Of a stretch of DNA of 64,000 bases, positions 19,480 through 30,619 are shown piece by piece. The stretch is from NCBI GenBank assembly GCA_016176405.1, contig JACOXG010000010.1:33078-97077 (forward strand), in the 5' to 3' direction. Origin of the DNA: Candidatus Daviesbacteria bacterium. GTDB taxonomy: Bacteria; Patescibacteriota; Microgenomatia; Daviesbacterales; UBA10151. The position numbers and the translations under genes are program-made. A model generated the notes under the pieces. That model was not told the DNA's origin. It was given only the letters and a program-made list of their open reading frames with translations, and made no database searches. The number at the start of each line of letters is the position of its first letter. Positions within the stretch are counted from its first letter, which is position 1.

Positions 19480-21399
19480 TTGAAAATATCAGAATATCTT
19501 CCAGAGTTACCTGGTCTAATGCAGCAAGAGCAAAGATTAACTTCTCTTGCTGATCAATTGTCTCTAATAAAAGCTGATTCAGATACATATCGTGCCCCGT
19601 CCCTTGGCCTCGATACAATTATAAATACCTGGCTTAGAAATCAGTTAGTATATCGCCAAAATATGATGACTGATTTAATGAGAATTTCTAAAACTATAGA
19701 AGAAATACGAGCGCCGATTCATCATATAACTGCCGAAGTATTTCGTAGGGGTATTTCATGGAAGCCAAAATTCGCTGTTAAGTGCCAGGAATGCCAGACA
19801 GAATATAATGATGTCATGAAAGAATGTCCTAAATGTCATTCTACAGACCTAATATCTCCAGATGAAGGACAGAAGAAAAAATTAGAAAGTTTTCTTATTG
19901 ACTGTAACATATTTGATAATAGTTTAGAAGAAGTTTTAAGACAGTTTAATTATGACTTAAATGCACTTGATGATGCATTCCTGTATCTCGTTAAAGAATA
20001 CATGGCTGCTGAAGACGGAAAAATTAGATCTAAAGTAATCGAAGTGAGGCGATTGGATCCAGCCTTTATGGAGTTTGATTTAGATCCACAAGGTCTTCCT
20101 AAGAATAAGTCATTTCTTTGTTATATTCATAGAGATATAAATGTAGCCACAACTCCTGGGGCTTGTATTGAATGTGGCAGAACATTAGTCCCAGCAATGT
20201 ATAAATACTATCACAGAAATAAGCCGATGTATTTGCTTGATACTGAAGTGATACATTCTTCAAAATTTGACCCGAGCGAAACTTACGGTTGGAGCCCCAT
20301 ATTAACTATTTTTGAAAAGGCAATGACTATTATCGGCATGGATCGTAATATGTATCGTTATTTCTTTGAGCGCAAAATGCCTGCAGGGATGATAATGGTG
20401 TTTACGGATAACCCAGAGAGTCTTATAAAAGAACGGGCAGAGTTAGCCTTAAAGACTAGACAAGACCCAAATTATATTCCAATGGTTGCTGTATCGTCTA
20501 AAGGAAATCGTGGAAGAGTGGACTTTGTAAAGTTATTTCATACATTACAAGAAATGGACTATATGCCTGTAAGAAATGAAATAAGAGAGAGAATAGCATC
20601 TATGTGGGGAGTTACCCCAGCTTGGCAAGGTGCCCCAGATGCATTTGGTGGTATTTCAAATCAGACACAACAATTAACAGTGATGTCTCGTGTAGTAGAA
20701 ACAGATCAGAGATTATTTCACGATAAAGTTTTTCCTAGAATTATGGATTCATTTGGAATAACTGATTGGGAGTTAGAGCTTCCCATACCAGAAGAGAAAG
20801 CAGAAGCTACCAGAATTTCATTTGCTCAGCAAAAAATTAGTGCAGCAAATATGCTTCTCCAAATGGGCTTTGATGTAAAGGCTAAATCTCAGGAAGTCGG
20901 ATTAATTGATATTGATTTTGTAGTATCTGGTGAAGCAAAGAAGATAGATTATAGTTCAATGATGGGTGGAGGACAAGGGGGACTAGGTGGAATGGGGGGA
21001 GAAGGACTGCCAGGAGGGATTCCTGGATTAGAATTACCTGAAGAAGAGCAACCAAGTCAAAACCAATCACAGCAATACCCTGAACAAGGTTTGAGACTAA
21101 TGGAAAAAGCACACGGATGGGCAGACCAGATATTAAAAGCTGGATATTTTCCGATGATAAAACAAGTAAATCCAGTTGGGCCTGTGATTTGGTTTACTCA
21201 AAATAATACTGATTATGTGGCTAAGTTTGATAATAATATTTTGAAGGATATAAGTAAGGCAATCTTTCCCCGACTTCATGCACATGACGGTCGTCCTCCT
21301 CATGATCCAAATATTCCCCATAATACAGTAGATAGAAAATTACAGAGTGACAGCAAGATTTTCGAAGCAGAAGAGCCAGACGAAGTTGATAATGAATAG
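19480..21399 (+). CDS. putative portal protein (with zinc-ribbon insert and Gly-rich C-terminal segment)
   Basis: Size and position after the terminase. 'GGGQGGLGGMGGEGLPGG' low-complexity tail. Start is uncertain (TTG). Confidence 0.45.
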   Translation: MKISEYLPELPGLMQQEQRLTSLADQLSLIKADSDTYRAPSLGLDTIINTWLRNQLVYRQNMMTDLMRISKTIEEIRAPIHHITAEVFRRGISWKPKFAVKCQECQTEYNDVMKECPKCHSTDLISPDEGQKKKLESFLIDCNIFDNSLEEVLRQFNYDLNALDDAFLYLVKEYMAAEDGKIRSKVIEVRRLDPAFMEFDLDPQGLPKNKSFLCYIHRDINVATTPGACIECGRTLVPAMYKYYHRNKPMYLLDTEVIHSSKFDPSETYGWSPILTIFEKAMTIIGMDRNMYRYFFERKMPAGMIMVFTDNPESLIKERAELALKTRQDPNYIPMVAVSSKGNRGRVDFVKLFHTLQEMDYMPVRNEIRERIASMWGVTPAWQGAPDAFGGISNQTQQLTVMSRVVETDQRLFHDKVFPRIMDSFGITDWELELPIPEEKAEATRISFAQQKISAANMLLQMGFDVKAKSQEVGLIDIDFVVSGEAKKIDYSSMMGGGQGGLGGMGGEGLPGGIPGLELPEEEQPSQNQSQQYPEQGLRLMEKAHGWADQILKAGYFPMIKQVNPVGPVIWFTQNNTDYVAKFDNNILKDISKAIFPRLHAHDGRPPHDPNIPHNTVDRKLQSDSKIFEAEEPDEVDNE

Positions 21400-22375
21400 T
21401 TGTGAATGTGGTTGTGGTATAGAGTGTAAGAAGAGATTTGTTCATAATCATCAGAAAAGGAATGTTCATTTATCTGTTGAACACAAAATAAAACTTAGGT
21501 TGGCTGGATTGGGAAGAAAACAGTCTAAAGAGACAATTGAGAAGAGAGTTGCTAAGATAAGAGGAATAGCATGTTCTGAAAATACTAAAAGCAAAATTAG
21601 CGAGACATTAAAGAAATATGAAATTACTAAGGTTCATCGGGATGCTCTTTCTAAGTCTAAATATGGGAGGGTATTGAGCGAAGAGCATAAAAATGCTATT
21701 AGATTAAATCGTCCAGATTTTTCAGGTAATAAACATCCGATGTATGGCAAGCATCACTCAGAATCTACTAGAATTAAAATGTCTTTGTCTCAAAAAGGAA
21801 AGAAACATTTATATGCATATAAGTTTTCAGAAAAAGATAAAGTTAAAATATCTATAGCTAGAAAAAGTAAGAAATTATCGGAGCATCATATTGAAGCACT
21901 GAAAAAGTCTTGGAATAACCCAGAAGTAGCAGCTAGAAGATTATTTAGTATTTTAAGAAGTAATTTTAATAGACCCAATAAATCAGAAACAAGGTTGTCT
22001 TTACTTTTATCAGATTTAAATACAGACTTTAAATATGTTGGCAACGGAAGTTTTATTATTGATCATAAAAATCCAGACTTTGTAAATAAAGAATCTAAGA
22101 AAATAATTGAGTTACAAGGTTGTTACTGGCATGGCTGCAAAATTTGTTTCCCAAATTCTAAGAAATCAAATAATTTTCCAGATCGTCAACAAATTTTTAA
22201 ACCTGCTGGATATGATTCAATAGAAATCTGGGAGCATGAATTGAAGAGTCCAGAAGTAGTAATTAGCAAAGTTAAGGATTTTAATAGTTTAGATGAAATT
22301 GAAAAGGCATGTAAAGAACAGGAAAGAATATCTTTAATGAGCATTGCTTTACATGACAGAAAAATTAAAGATTAA
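21392..22375 (+). CDS. homing endonuclease: zinc-finger N-terminus, NUMOD3 repeats, C-terminal Vsr/DUF559-like nuclease
   Basis: Repeated 'G..HSEETK.KIS.S.KGK'-like NUMOD3 units ('YGKHHSESTRIKMSLSQKGKK', 'SEEHKNAIRLN', 'SEHHIEALKKSW'). C-terminal 'PDF..IIELQGCYWHGC' resembles the Vsr core 'FVDGCFWHGH'. Confidence 0.6.
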   Translation: MNSCECGCGIECKKRFVHNHQKRNVHLSVEHKIKLRLAGLGRKQSKETIEKRVAKIRGIACSENTKSKISETLKKYEITKVHRDALSKSKYGRVLSEEHKNAIRLNRPDFSGNKHPMYGKHHSESTRIKMSLSQKGKKHLYAYKFSEKDKVKISIARKSKKLSEHHIEALKKSWNNPEVAARRLFSILRSNFNRPNKSETRLSLLLSDLNTDFKYVGNGSFIIDHKNPDFVNKESKKIIELQGCYWHGCKICFPNSKKSNNFPDRQQIFKPAGYDSIEIWEHELKSPEVVISKVKDFNSLDEIEKACKEQERISLMSIALHDRKIKD

Positions 22376-24392
22376 CTCGTCTGTGTTTGAGGTTGATCTA
22401 GCCTTTACTCCGTTTAAACAATTTGTCGGTCTCTCACAACACCAGGATTTAAAAGCTAATTCTGGTATGCTTTTTATTTATCCTAGTAGTAAGCAAAGAA
22501 TTTTTAATACGTTGCAAATGAAATTTCCTATTGATTTTGTCTGGATAATGCATGATGGAAGAATTTCTAGTATAACAGAAAACGTACCTCCAGAAAAACA
22601 GCAAGTGGAGTCTATTAGTCCAGCAAAATATATTTTAGAATTAAATGCTGGAGAAGTTAAAAAGAACAACATAAAAGTTGGAGATATGGTAGAGAACTTA
22701 CCCGATGATTCAGATATTGTACTTAGGAAAAGCAATGATTTCATTCATTTACAGGACTATAAATCAACTGGGAATTTAACCGAAGTAAAGACAGACCATC
22801 CATATCTTCGTAGGAAAAGGTCATATGGACTTAAGTTGCCGTCATTGTCTAAGGTTAATAGTTCATTAAGTCAAATATTCAAAGAATGGGTGGAAAAACA
22901 ACCTCGTCCAGGTCTAGTCCCAAAAAGTGGTAATTGGAAATATCCATATAGATGGATTAGACCAAGTAAGATTGAAGAAGTAAAAGATAGGTCAAATGAT
23001 AATTTTCAAAAAATAGACAGGTTTAGAAGTGCATTATCTAGAAGAAAGTCAATAGAATCTATGGACGATGAAGAGGCCATAGACAAGAATCTGGACACAT
23101 TTCATTTATTATTAGAAAACTTAGGGGCCTCGAAAAAAGAACTTGATGCTTCTGATGATTCATTACTTTCTTATTATTCATGGAAATTTGAGGAAAGATC
23201 ATTAGGGGCTGCCATGCTTAGATATGGTATTGCAGTTAGTTTAGGAAAGGATCCAATTGTAGAATTGAAGGACTATGGCATTTCTGATAGCATTATTAAA
23301 AAAATCGGGCAAGACAAAGATTATGTAAAGTTGACTACACAAATTCTACAAAAAATAACGTCATTATATATGAAAAATAAGTATGGTGATACAGTTCATT
23401 TATATAGAGGTATTCCAAAGGGAGAAAAAGTTAAGACTGTAAATGTATTATCCTACACGACAGACCCTACTGTAGCAGCTCGTTTTGCGGGGAAGGATGG
23501 GAGTATTATAGGGGAAGATATTTCAACTGATCAAATTTGGGCAGCAGATGAAATATTTTATCCAAGGGCAGAAAGTGAAGTTATTGTAGGTCTAAAAAAC
23601 AATTCAATAAATAAGCAATTAAACGGAACAGTGTATACATCAGAAGATGTATCAAGCTCAGTGGCTGATAAATGGGCCCCATTAAATCCGGATTGGAAGA
23701 ATTATGCGAAGAGAAAGACTTCCCCCAATAAGATTTTAGATGAATGGCTTGAAAAACAGAATGCAGACTTGGTCCCTAAAAAAGTCCCAATTCATTTGCA
23801 AACAGGTAAAGTTGTTTCGGGCATTAGGTGGGTTAAGCCAGAAAAATTTGAAGGAGAGACTCAGAAAGCTTTATCATTTGATGATGCTTCAGAGGCAAAT
23901 AAATGGAGAGACAAAATTAGAGGGTCTAAAATGGGGTCTGAAGAAAGAGCTACTTTACGAGATTATATAGGATTCGGAAATACGATGACAAATACATATT
24001 TACGACAAGGGTATAAAAAGAATCCATTACTTTTAAATAAAATCTCAGCCTTAGATTCTCTTATTCAAAAAACAACTATTCCTAATGATGTGATTGTTTA
24101 TAGAGGGACAGAGAATTTAGATTTATCCATTGGGGATATATTTATAGATAAAGGGTTTTTGTCTACTACATTAACATCTAATATGGCGCGTCTTTTTGTT
24201 ACAAATAAAGGTGCCTTATTTAAAATTCATGTAAAGGCAGGGACTCCCGTAACTTTAGGGCAAGACAAAGAGCTAGAATTGATTTTTGGTCGCGAATCAA
24301 AGTTTATAGTAAAAGATAAATATTCTCCTCCTCCGGACCCATATTTTCGAGGCAGATATACAATATATGAATTAGATATGGTGTCTTCTTAA
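22344..24392 (+). CDS. multidomain protein: DUF192 domain followed by two ADP-ribosyltransferase (R-S-E class) domains, each preceded by the conserved N-module
   Basis: DUF192 'GMLFIYP..FPIDFVWIMHDGRI'. ART1 'HLYRG..SYTT..ESEVIV'. ART2 'VYRG..LSTTL..ELELIF'. N-modules at about 22881-22980 and 23738-23850. Confidence 0.55.
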   Translation: MLYMTEKLKINSSVFEVDLAFTPFKQFVGLSQHQDLKANSGMLFIYPSSKQRIFNTLQMKFPIDFVWIMHDGRISSITENVPPEKQQVESISPAKYILELNAGEVKKNNIKVGDMVENLPDDSDIVLRKSNDFIHLQDYKSTGNLTEVKTDHPYLRRKRSYGLKLPSLSKVNSSLSQIFKEWVEKQPRPGLVPKSGNWKYPYRWIRPSKIEEVKDRSNDNFQKIDRFRSALSRRKSIESMDDEEAIDKNLDTFHLLLENLGASKKELDASDDSLLSYYSWKFEERSLGAAMLRYGIAVSLGKDPIVELKDYGISDSIIKKIGQDKDYVKLTTQILQKITSLYMKNKYGDTVHLYRGIPKGEKVKTVNVLSYTTDPTVAARFAGKDGSIIGEDISTDQIWAADEIFYPRAESEVIVGLKNNSINKQLNGTVYTSEDVSSSVADKWAPLNPDWKNYAKRKTSPNKILDEWLEKQNADLVPKKVPIHLQTGKVVSGIRWVKPEKFEGETQKALSFDDASEANKWRDKIRGSKMGSEERATLRDYIGFGNTMTNTYLRQGYKKNPLLLNKISALDSLIQKTTIPNDVIVYRGTENLDLSIGDIFIDKGFLSTTLTSNMARLFVTNKGALFKIHVKAGTPVTLGQDKELELIFGRESKFIVKDKYSPPPDPYFRGRYTIYELDMVSS

Positions 24393-24393
24393 A

Positions 24394-25353
24394 ATGCAAG
24401 ATCGATACATTTGGAATAAGGGTGATATAGTTCTTTTGGATAAAGAATCTGAATTTGAAAAACAATTTAATATTCCATGTCCTGTAGGTTATCATGAACA
24501 TGCAAATATCCAAGGCTGCCATCCAATGTCTCAGCACCATAGGTTTGAGCATAGAGCCGTAGGGGCAGGCTCTGGAAAAGAGGCAGCAGAATATACATTC
24601 CAAAGACCAGAATCAGAAGAAGAGGAAGAGCAATTAACAGATATTACAATACCTGCAATAGCAAATGCACATGGTATTAGTTTAAGTGCATTGTGGGAAA
24701 ATCTTAAAAATCTATATGGGAAGAAATTAGAAGAGCAAAAATATCAAGAGCAGAAATATACACAAGAAGGAAAGCTGCTCACTTATTCTCCAATTCATCT
24801 AACCCCCAGTCAAATATACACAGCTCATTTTTTGGCAGAGAAAATAAAGAGACGCCAACTTTCAAGGCCAGGAAAAGTAGTATCGATAAAGCCAGCAGCC
24901 GTGGCTAAAGTAATGTTAAAGCAATTCCCATGGATCCAAAAATCTTTTGATTTAGAAATTAGAAAATCATTAGGGGATGACATTAAGCTATCTGTAAAAG
25001 CAATTATAGAGGACGAAGCAGGAAGATTGTTGATATTGAAAGATAGATATTCTGATTTTTGGGACCTTCCGGGTGGGCATGTAGCAGATGGAGAGTCATT
25101 ACATGATGCTCTTGTTAGAGAAGTAAAAGAGGAAACAAATTTAGATGTTATTGGTGCAGAAGAATTATTTACTAGAGAATTAACATTGGGGAAAGAGACA
25201 AAACCAGTTGTATTTTATAAAACCGGTGCGGAAGGAATAGTTCATTTATCTAAAGAGCATAATAATTTTAGGTGGATAAATCAAGAGCATTTTGACGAGT
25301 ATAATCTTGGAGTTTTCTCTGGCATAATTCATGAGTACTTTACTACAAAATAA
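24394..25353 (+). CDS. Nudix hydrolase
   Basis: Nudix box 'GGHVADGESLHDALVREVKEETNL'. Confidence 0.7.
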   Translation: MQDRYIWNKGDIVLLDKESEFEKQFNIPCPVGYHEHANIQGCHPMSQHHRFEHRAVGAGSGKEAAEYTFQRPESEEEEEQLTDITIPAIANAHGISLSALWENLKNLYGKKLEEQKYQEQKYTQEGKLLTYSPIHLTPSQIYTAHFLAEKIKRRQLSRPGKVVSIKPAAVAKVMLKQFPWIQKSFDLEIRKSLGDDIKLSVKAIIEDEAGRLLILKDRYSDFWDLPGGHVADGESLHDALVREVKEETNLDVIGAEELFTRELTLGKETKPVVFYKTGAEGIVHLSKEHNNFRWINQEHFDEYNLGVFSGIIHEYFTTK

Positions 25354-26218
25354 GCTAGCCGATTGGCTTGAAAAACAAGCTATTGATAGATCTAGACTTG
25401 TGCCAAAAAAAGTTCCTATCCATTTACAAACAGGTAGGACGATAGAAGGAATAAGATGGATCAACCCTGATGCTGAAAGTACTAATGAATTAACTGATTT
25501 GGCTAGTAAGGCTAATACTTTAAAATATGACAAGGGAGATCGTGATGCAGAAGATACGATTATGGATTGGGCGGAGAAAAATAACGTTAATCCAGAAAAA
25601 ATGATTCAAGCTTGGACTTTGATAACTTCAACTTGGGGAAAGGGGGACCCAAAGGCTACACAAGGAGGCAAAGAATACGTAGCAATTCGTTCAGCGGCTT
25701 ATTCACTATTAAATATAGATGGGTATCAAGATGAAAAGAAATATTTTGTTGAGACAAGAAAAGTACAAGAAAAAATATTTAATAAAGAGTGGGAATTAGG
25801 TAAATCTATAGCTAAATATTTTATTCCATTATATATAATATCCCAAAAAGCTCTTAATAAATCTATGGCCCCAGATAAGACAATTACAGTATATAGAGGT
25901 GTTGGGGGAAAATTTGCTGTAGATATCATTAATTCAATAGAAAGGGGAGAAAAAGAATTTGAAATTCCAAATAGCGGGATTTCTAGCTGGGCTTTAAATA
26001 GAGAGACAGCCTCTATGTATGCTTCATCTTCTGGATTTCCACAAGAGAAAGCACGAAACGGAGTAGTTTTATCAAAAAAAATTTTGGTAAAAGATATTTT
26101 TTTGTACCCAGAAGGTATTTATAAGCATTCTTCTTCTGAACCAGATGAAGTCTTAGTCTTTGGGGCTGCTGTCAATAAATTTTCTAAGGATGAAATTAGC
26201 CAGGAATTAACATGGTAA
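25331..26218 (+). CDS. ADP-ribosyltransferase (R-S-E class) with N-terminal conserved module
   Basis: 'ADWLEKQ..LVPKKVPIHLQTGRTIEGIRWINP' module. ART motifs 'VYRG', 'ISSW', 'EPDEVLV'. Confidence 0.5.
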   Translation: MSTLLQNKLADWLEKQAIDRSRLVPKKVPIHLQTGRTIEGIRWINPDAESTNELTDLASKANTLKYDKGDRDAEDTIMDWAEKNNVNPEKMIQAWTLITSTWGKGDPKATQGGKEYVAIRSAAYSLLNIDGYQDEKKYFVETRKVQEKIFNKEWELGKSIAKYFIPLYIISQKALNKSMAPDKTITVYRGVGGKFAVDIINSIERGEKEFEIPNSGISSWALNRETASMYASSSGFPQEKARNGVVLSKKILVKDIFLYPEGIYKHSSSEPDEVLVFGAAVNKFSKDEISQELTW

Positions 26219-29200
26219 TTTTTTCTAATATTGATTTTGACTTAGAAAATAGTTTTTGGATTAATCAAAAAAAGTTCAATTTAATTAAAAAAATATCTAT
26301 TTGCAAAGAATGCAACAGTGACTGTGATTGTATAAAAGGACAATCATGTGAGTGCAAACATAACTGCATGTGCCCCAATATTTTAGTAGAAGATAGTCTA
26401 GATGATGATTTTATATTAGACAAAACCTTTTTTCAAAATGAATTTCTAGAAAAAGCTGTAATTTCGACTCCTACTGATAAAGAAGGGAAGTTTGATGCTA
26501 CTAAAGTCCCAATAGGCGCGAGTGTTTGGATAACTATTGGGAATCCTGAGTCTCCTTTACATGGTCGTCATGTCATGATAACAAAAAGACCTGATGGTCT
26601 TATGGCAATTACGGGTGGGGCGGGTGTTGACAAAGAAACAGCTGCACGCAGACATCTTATTTTAACTGGAACTCCTAGAAAAACAAAGAGAGATGATGAA
26701 TTAGAAGAAATAGTTGATGAGGCAAAGAAATATAATGAGCCCCTATTAGTAGAGAGAAAGCAGTTACAGAGAGAAGCAATAGAAGAAATCAAAGTTGCTG
26801 CTGATGATATGAAAAAAGCATTTGGGCTTTCAGATATGAATAAGAAAACAATGCTAGAAAAGAAAGATGAAATACAAAATTATGTTGAATCAATCCTTGG
26901 GGAGGATGAAAAGGGACAAGCAAAACGTCTTACAGACACAGTGGCAAGGCATCTAGTATTAGCAGAACGCAAAATTTCAGAGCATATACAAAGAGACAGA
27001 GAAGTAATATTTGCTAAAATAGGAAAGAGAATTACTAGATTTTCAGAAGAAGAATTACCAAAGGCGCTGGAAGAAGTAAATGATTCTATTCAAAACTATT
27101 CTTCTTCTGTTATAAATTTGCCTGATTTAAGTGATTTAAAAGGTCTTTCTTCCCTACAGCAAGAGTTAGTCATTGCTAATTACTTTGATAAACAGGCAAA
27201 TGATTTCTTTAGCGCAGAAAAAATAGACCATATTGAAAAGAAAGATGTCCCACAGATTACTTTGGGAGAAACGGTAAAGCCGTTAGAGATTAGATCTTCC
27301 GAAGAATTACATAATGCTATAGATAAAGTAAAGCATTATTGGGAGACAAGATCAAAGGCAGAAGAAATAACATCTAGCCTAAAAAGAATTCCGTTAAAGC
27401 CGTCAAGTAGCAGCACTATTGCTGAACTACGAAATGACTTAAAAGGCATGAATATAGAAATGGATTTCGATGAAATAGTAGATAAGGCTGAACAGAATTT
27501 AGTTAGATGGCAAACTAATAATTCAGCCTTAGCTTTTTATGATGCAGTGGGAGACTATTGGAATGATGATACAAGCCTGTCAGAGCAATTAACAAATAAA
27601 GATAAATTTGATTCTACAATGCAGTTCCATATAAGCTCTGGGGCTGCTACAGCATTAGCTTCATTGTCAAAAGAATATCTTGGGACAAGACTTGATACAT
27701 TGCGATTAATAAATACCGCTAATTTGGAGTCAGCTGTTGCAATTACTGCGCTTGAAATCAGGCAGAAGTTCGCTAAAGATCCAAAAGCATATGATGAAGC
27801 ACTAGTAAAAATAAAAGACTTTAATGCTAAGAATCAGATAGACACTGAGAAAATTGCTCTAGATAGACATGCTACGTTAAAAACACAGTATGATGAGATT
27901 CAAAAACAAAAGTCTACTGGAGAGCTATTAGATAAGATTAGAATTTCAAACTTAGAGTTGGAGAATATAGTAGAGCAAAAGAGAAATCTAGGCTCTGCAT
28001 TAGGTTCATTGCAAGCATCAGCAACATTCTATGATTATTTAACTAAATTCAAGACAGCTAAAGATGATATTGTTCAGATAAATGTTGGTAATAATATAAA
28101 TGATGCCAATGATATGGTAGATAGGCTAAGACTTCGCAAAGGTTATGAAGTGGATACATCTGATCCAGACAACATTAGAATAAAGGCTGGTTTGTCTTCA
28201 TTTGAAAAGTTCGTTAATGAAGAGAAGGATATAAAGTCCAAGGCTGACCAATATGATAAGCTAAAGACAAGCATGGATGGAATTATAGAAGATGAAGATG
28301 GGAGGTTAGTAGCAGATAAATATGATGTTCCTGGGTGGAAAAATGAATACATAGATGAACAAGGCAATACCCAGCAATATAAATGGAGAGTAGAGCAAAG
28401 GAATGATATAAATTGGCTCCTTGATGCTACTAGAAGCACTCAGGAAAATCCTTTAGGGGAGGGTGGGGGATTAGTCACACGAGTAGTAGGCGCAGGAAAG
28501 ACAAATACTGCATTGGGGTTCTTTGCCAACAAGATAAATGATAATAAAGACTATAAAGGATTAGTAGTAGTTCCAAAAGGTAGAGCGCAACAATGGGTAG
28601 ACGAGGCAAAGAAGTTTACTGACTTGAATATTGAGTTAATTCCAGATGGTACAGCTAAAGACAGGGTAGATGAAATATTGTCTAAAAGTAAGCCAGGAAC
28701 TATATATGTCACAGGACATAGAGAAGCAGCCCGTTCTCATTTAACATTAGAAGCTTTACAAACCAGCAAAGAATTTTCGGATAAGAAATTCCATGGATTA
28801 GTAATTGATGAGCCACAAGAATTGCAAGCAAGGGGTCAAAGTGGAAATATAGGAGAACTTGGCAAAAGACTAATGCATCTACCAATGCAGCATAGAGTAG
28901 GTTTAACAGCAACTCCAGCTAGAAGAAATCCACTTGAGGTATATGATTTAATAAAGTGGACAAGCGGGGCAAAAGATATAGGAGATAAAGCATCATTCAA
29001 GAGAGTATTCTCAGGATTTGGTAGTGGGACAAATGCCCAAGATACTGCTATTAGAAAATTATATTTCAATACAATTCAGCCATATATTAGTGGTGATAGG
29101 ATAACAACCCCTAATTTTAAGGTAAAACAAGAATCCATAAATTTTAATCGTACTTCCACTCAAATTGCTAAACAAAAAGAAATAGAGTCTCAAAGTGCCG

Positions 29201-29868
29201 CATATATAGAAAGGCGAAAGAACGAAATTGTAAGAGAAGTGCAAGCAAATCCAGCACACCCTCTTAGGAGACTAATAAATTGGCAATTTTCAGCCCCTAG
29301 AAAAGCCGTAGAAATGGCAAGAACTGAAGTAGAGAACATGCATAGGGATAATATGGATGATGGGGATTATAGGAATAATTCAAAGCTTATGAAGTTCAAG
29401 GAAAGCTTTGAGAAAGACCCAAAGAAGAAGCGTGTTCTTTTTATAGATTCTAGAACACAGCGTGTATCTTTGATGGAGATGTTTAAGGATATTGGGTTAA
29501 AGCCTAACCAAATCAAAAATATTGCTGCTACAACGACAGCAATTACGGGTGAAGAAATGGCAAATAGAGTAAAAGATTTTAAAACAAACAAAGATATTCC
29601 AATTATCTTGATTGATACTAAAAGTTCTAGCGGGTATAATTTGCAAGCAGGGGACGTTCTTGATGTGCTTGGGACCCCCCAGGATGCGAGCGTGTATCTC
29701 CAAGCTCAGGGGAGACTGGCTAGAATGCCTAGAAAGGGAGATGTAGAAATAGCTACATATAAGTATAATGATAATCCTATCGAGCAAGCTAAATGGAATC
29801 AACTTGAAGCCCAACTAAAAATTTTAAGAGCAAGCTCTCCAGGATTATTCCCAACACAAAATGAATAA
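26212..29868 (+). CDS. large (1218 aa) multidomain protein: Cys-rich N-terminus, coiled-coil middle, C-terminal SF2 helicase-like ATPase
   Basis: Walker A 'VVGAGKTNTALG' and Walker B 'LVIDEPQELQ'. Helicase-C-like 'ILIDTKSSSGYNLQAGDVLD'. N-terminal 'CKECNSDCDCIKGQSCECKHNCMC'. Confidence 0.5.
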   Translation: MVIFSNIDFDLENSFWINQKKFNLIKKISICKECNSDCDCIKGQSCECKHNCMCPNILVEDSLDDDFILDKTFFQNEFLEKAVISTPTDKEGKFDATKVPIGASVWITIGNPESPLHGRHVMITKRPDGLMAITGGAGVDKETAARRHLILTGTPRKTKRDDELEEIVDEAKKYNEPLLVERKQLQREAIEEIKVAADDMKKAFGLSDMNKKTMLEKKDEIQNYVESILGEDEKGQAKRLTDTVARHLVLAERKISEHIQRDREVIFAKIGKRITRFSEEELPKALEEVNDSIQNYSSSVINLPDLSDLKGLSSLQQELVIANYFDKQANDFFSAEKIDHIEKKDVPQITLGETVKPLEIRSSEELHNAIDKVKHYWETRSKAEEITSSLKRIPLKPSSSSTIAELRNDLKGMNIEMDFDEIVDKAEQNLVRWQTNNSALAFYDAVGDYWNDDTSLSEQLTNKDKFDSTMQFHISSGAATALASLSKEYLGTRLDTLRLINTANLESAVAITALEIRQKFAKDPKAYDEALVKIKDFNAKNQIDTEKIALDRHATLKTQYDEIQKQKSTGELLDKIRISNLELENIVEQKRNLGSALGSLQASATFYDYLTKFKTAKDDIVQINVGNNINDANDMVDRLRLRKGYEVDTSDPDNIRIKAGLSSFEKFVNEEKDIKSKADQYDKLKTSMDGIIEDEDGRLVADKYDVPGWKNEYIDEQGNTQQYKWRVEQRNDINWLLDATRSTQENPLGEGGGLVTRVVGAGKTNTALGFFANKINDNKDYKGLVVVPKGRAQQWVDEAKKFTDLNIELIPDGTAKDRVDEILSKSKPGTIYVTGHREAARSHLTLEALQTSKEFSDKKFHGLVIDEPQELQARGQSGNIGELGKRLMHLPMQHRVGLTATPARRNPLEVYDLIKWTSGAKDIGDKASFKRVFSGFGSGTNAQDTAIRKLYFNTIQPYISGDRITTPNFKVKQESINFNRTSTQIAKQKEIESQSAAYIERRKNEIVREVQANPAHPLRRLINWQFSAPRKAVEMARTEVENMHRDNMDDGDYRNNSKLMKFKESFEKDPKKKRVLFIDSRTQRVSLMEMFKDIGLKPNQIKNIAATTTAITGEEMANRVKDFKTNKDIPIILIDTKSSSGYNLQAGDVLDVLGTPQDASVYLQAQGRLARMPRKGDVEIATYKYNDNPIEQAKWNQLEAQLKILRASSPGLFPTQNE

Positions 29869-30619
29869 GTTAGATTTATTAAAGGACTTTTTAGAGAAAC
29901 AACAGCTTGGGCTTGTCCCAAAGAAAGTTCCTGTTCACTTACAAACTGGTAAGGTTACTGAGGCAATCAGATGGGTAAAACCTCAGCACGATACAGATTT
30001 ACGAGAAATTGACAGACTGAAGAAGATTTCAGATAAGCATGAATTAATGTATGAGTTAGAAAAAGCATCAAATAATGTTTTGCAAGCTTTTATGCATGAT
30101 AATCGCGACATTATAAGACATGTTGTGGCGGCATATATTTTGAAAGATTCTGTAGGAAAAGTTTTTGACGGGGATATTATTTTTCATGGAAATTTAATAG
30201 GGGAAGATATTGACATTCCTTATGAATATAATATATCTGACAAAAGTCTAAATTTGGAGTATGTCAAAGTACATAAAGCTCTTACTAGGCAGATTTTAGA
30301 TATTGCTTTTCCAGACACAAATATATTTGTGTTATATCGTGGGACAAGCGAAATAAAAGATATAGACAAATTAGCTAATGGTGATAGAATCAAAATTACC
30401 CAGAATCCGATTAGTAGCTGGACATTAAAGAAAAGTGTGGCCCGAAACTTTGCTTTGGAGGCTGGGGCTAACGGAAAATTGCTTAAAACAATTGTAAATA
30501 AAGATGAAATCTGGTCAACATTTGCGACACATGCCTATAAGGGCAATGAAACAGAAATACTATTAATAAACAGAAAGGGAGGTAGGGAAGTAGAGAATAT
30601 AGGTATTTACAGTGAATAA
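29861..30619 (+). CDS. ADP-ribosyltransferase (R-S-E class) with N-terminal conserved module
   Basis: 'KDFLEKQQLGLVPKKVPVHLQTGKVTEAIRWVKP' module. ART motifs 'LYRG', 'ISSW', 'ETEILL'. Confidence 0.5.
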   Translation: MNKLDLLKDFLEKQQLGLVPKKVPVHLQTGKVTEAIRWVKPQHDTDLREIDRLKKISDKHELMYELEKASNNVLQAFMHDNRDIIRHVVAAYILKDSVGKVFDGDIIFHGNLIGEDIDIPYEYNISDKSLNLEYVKVHKALTRQILDIAFPDTNIFVLYRGTSEIKDIDKLANGDRIKITQNPISSWTLKKSVARNFALEAGANGKLLKTIVNKDEIWSTFATHAYKGNETEILLINRKGGREVENIGIYSE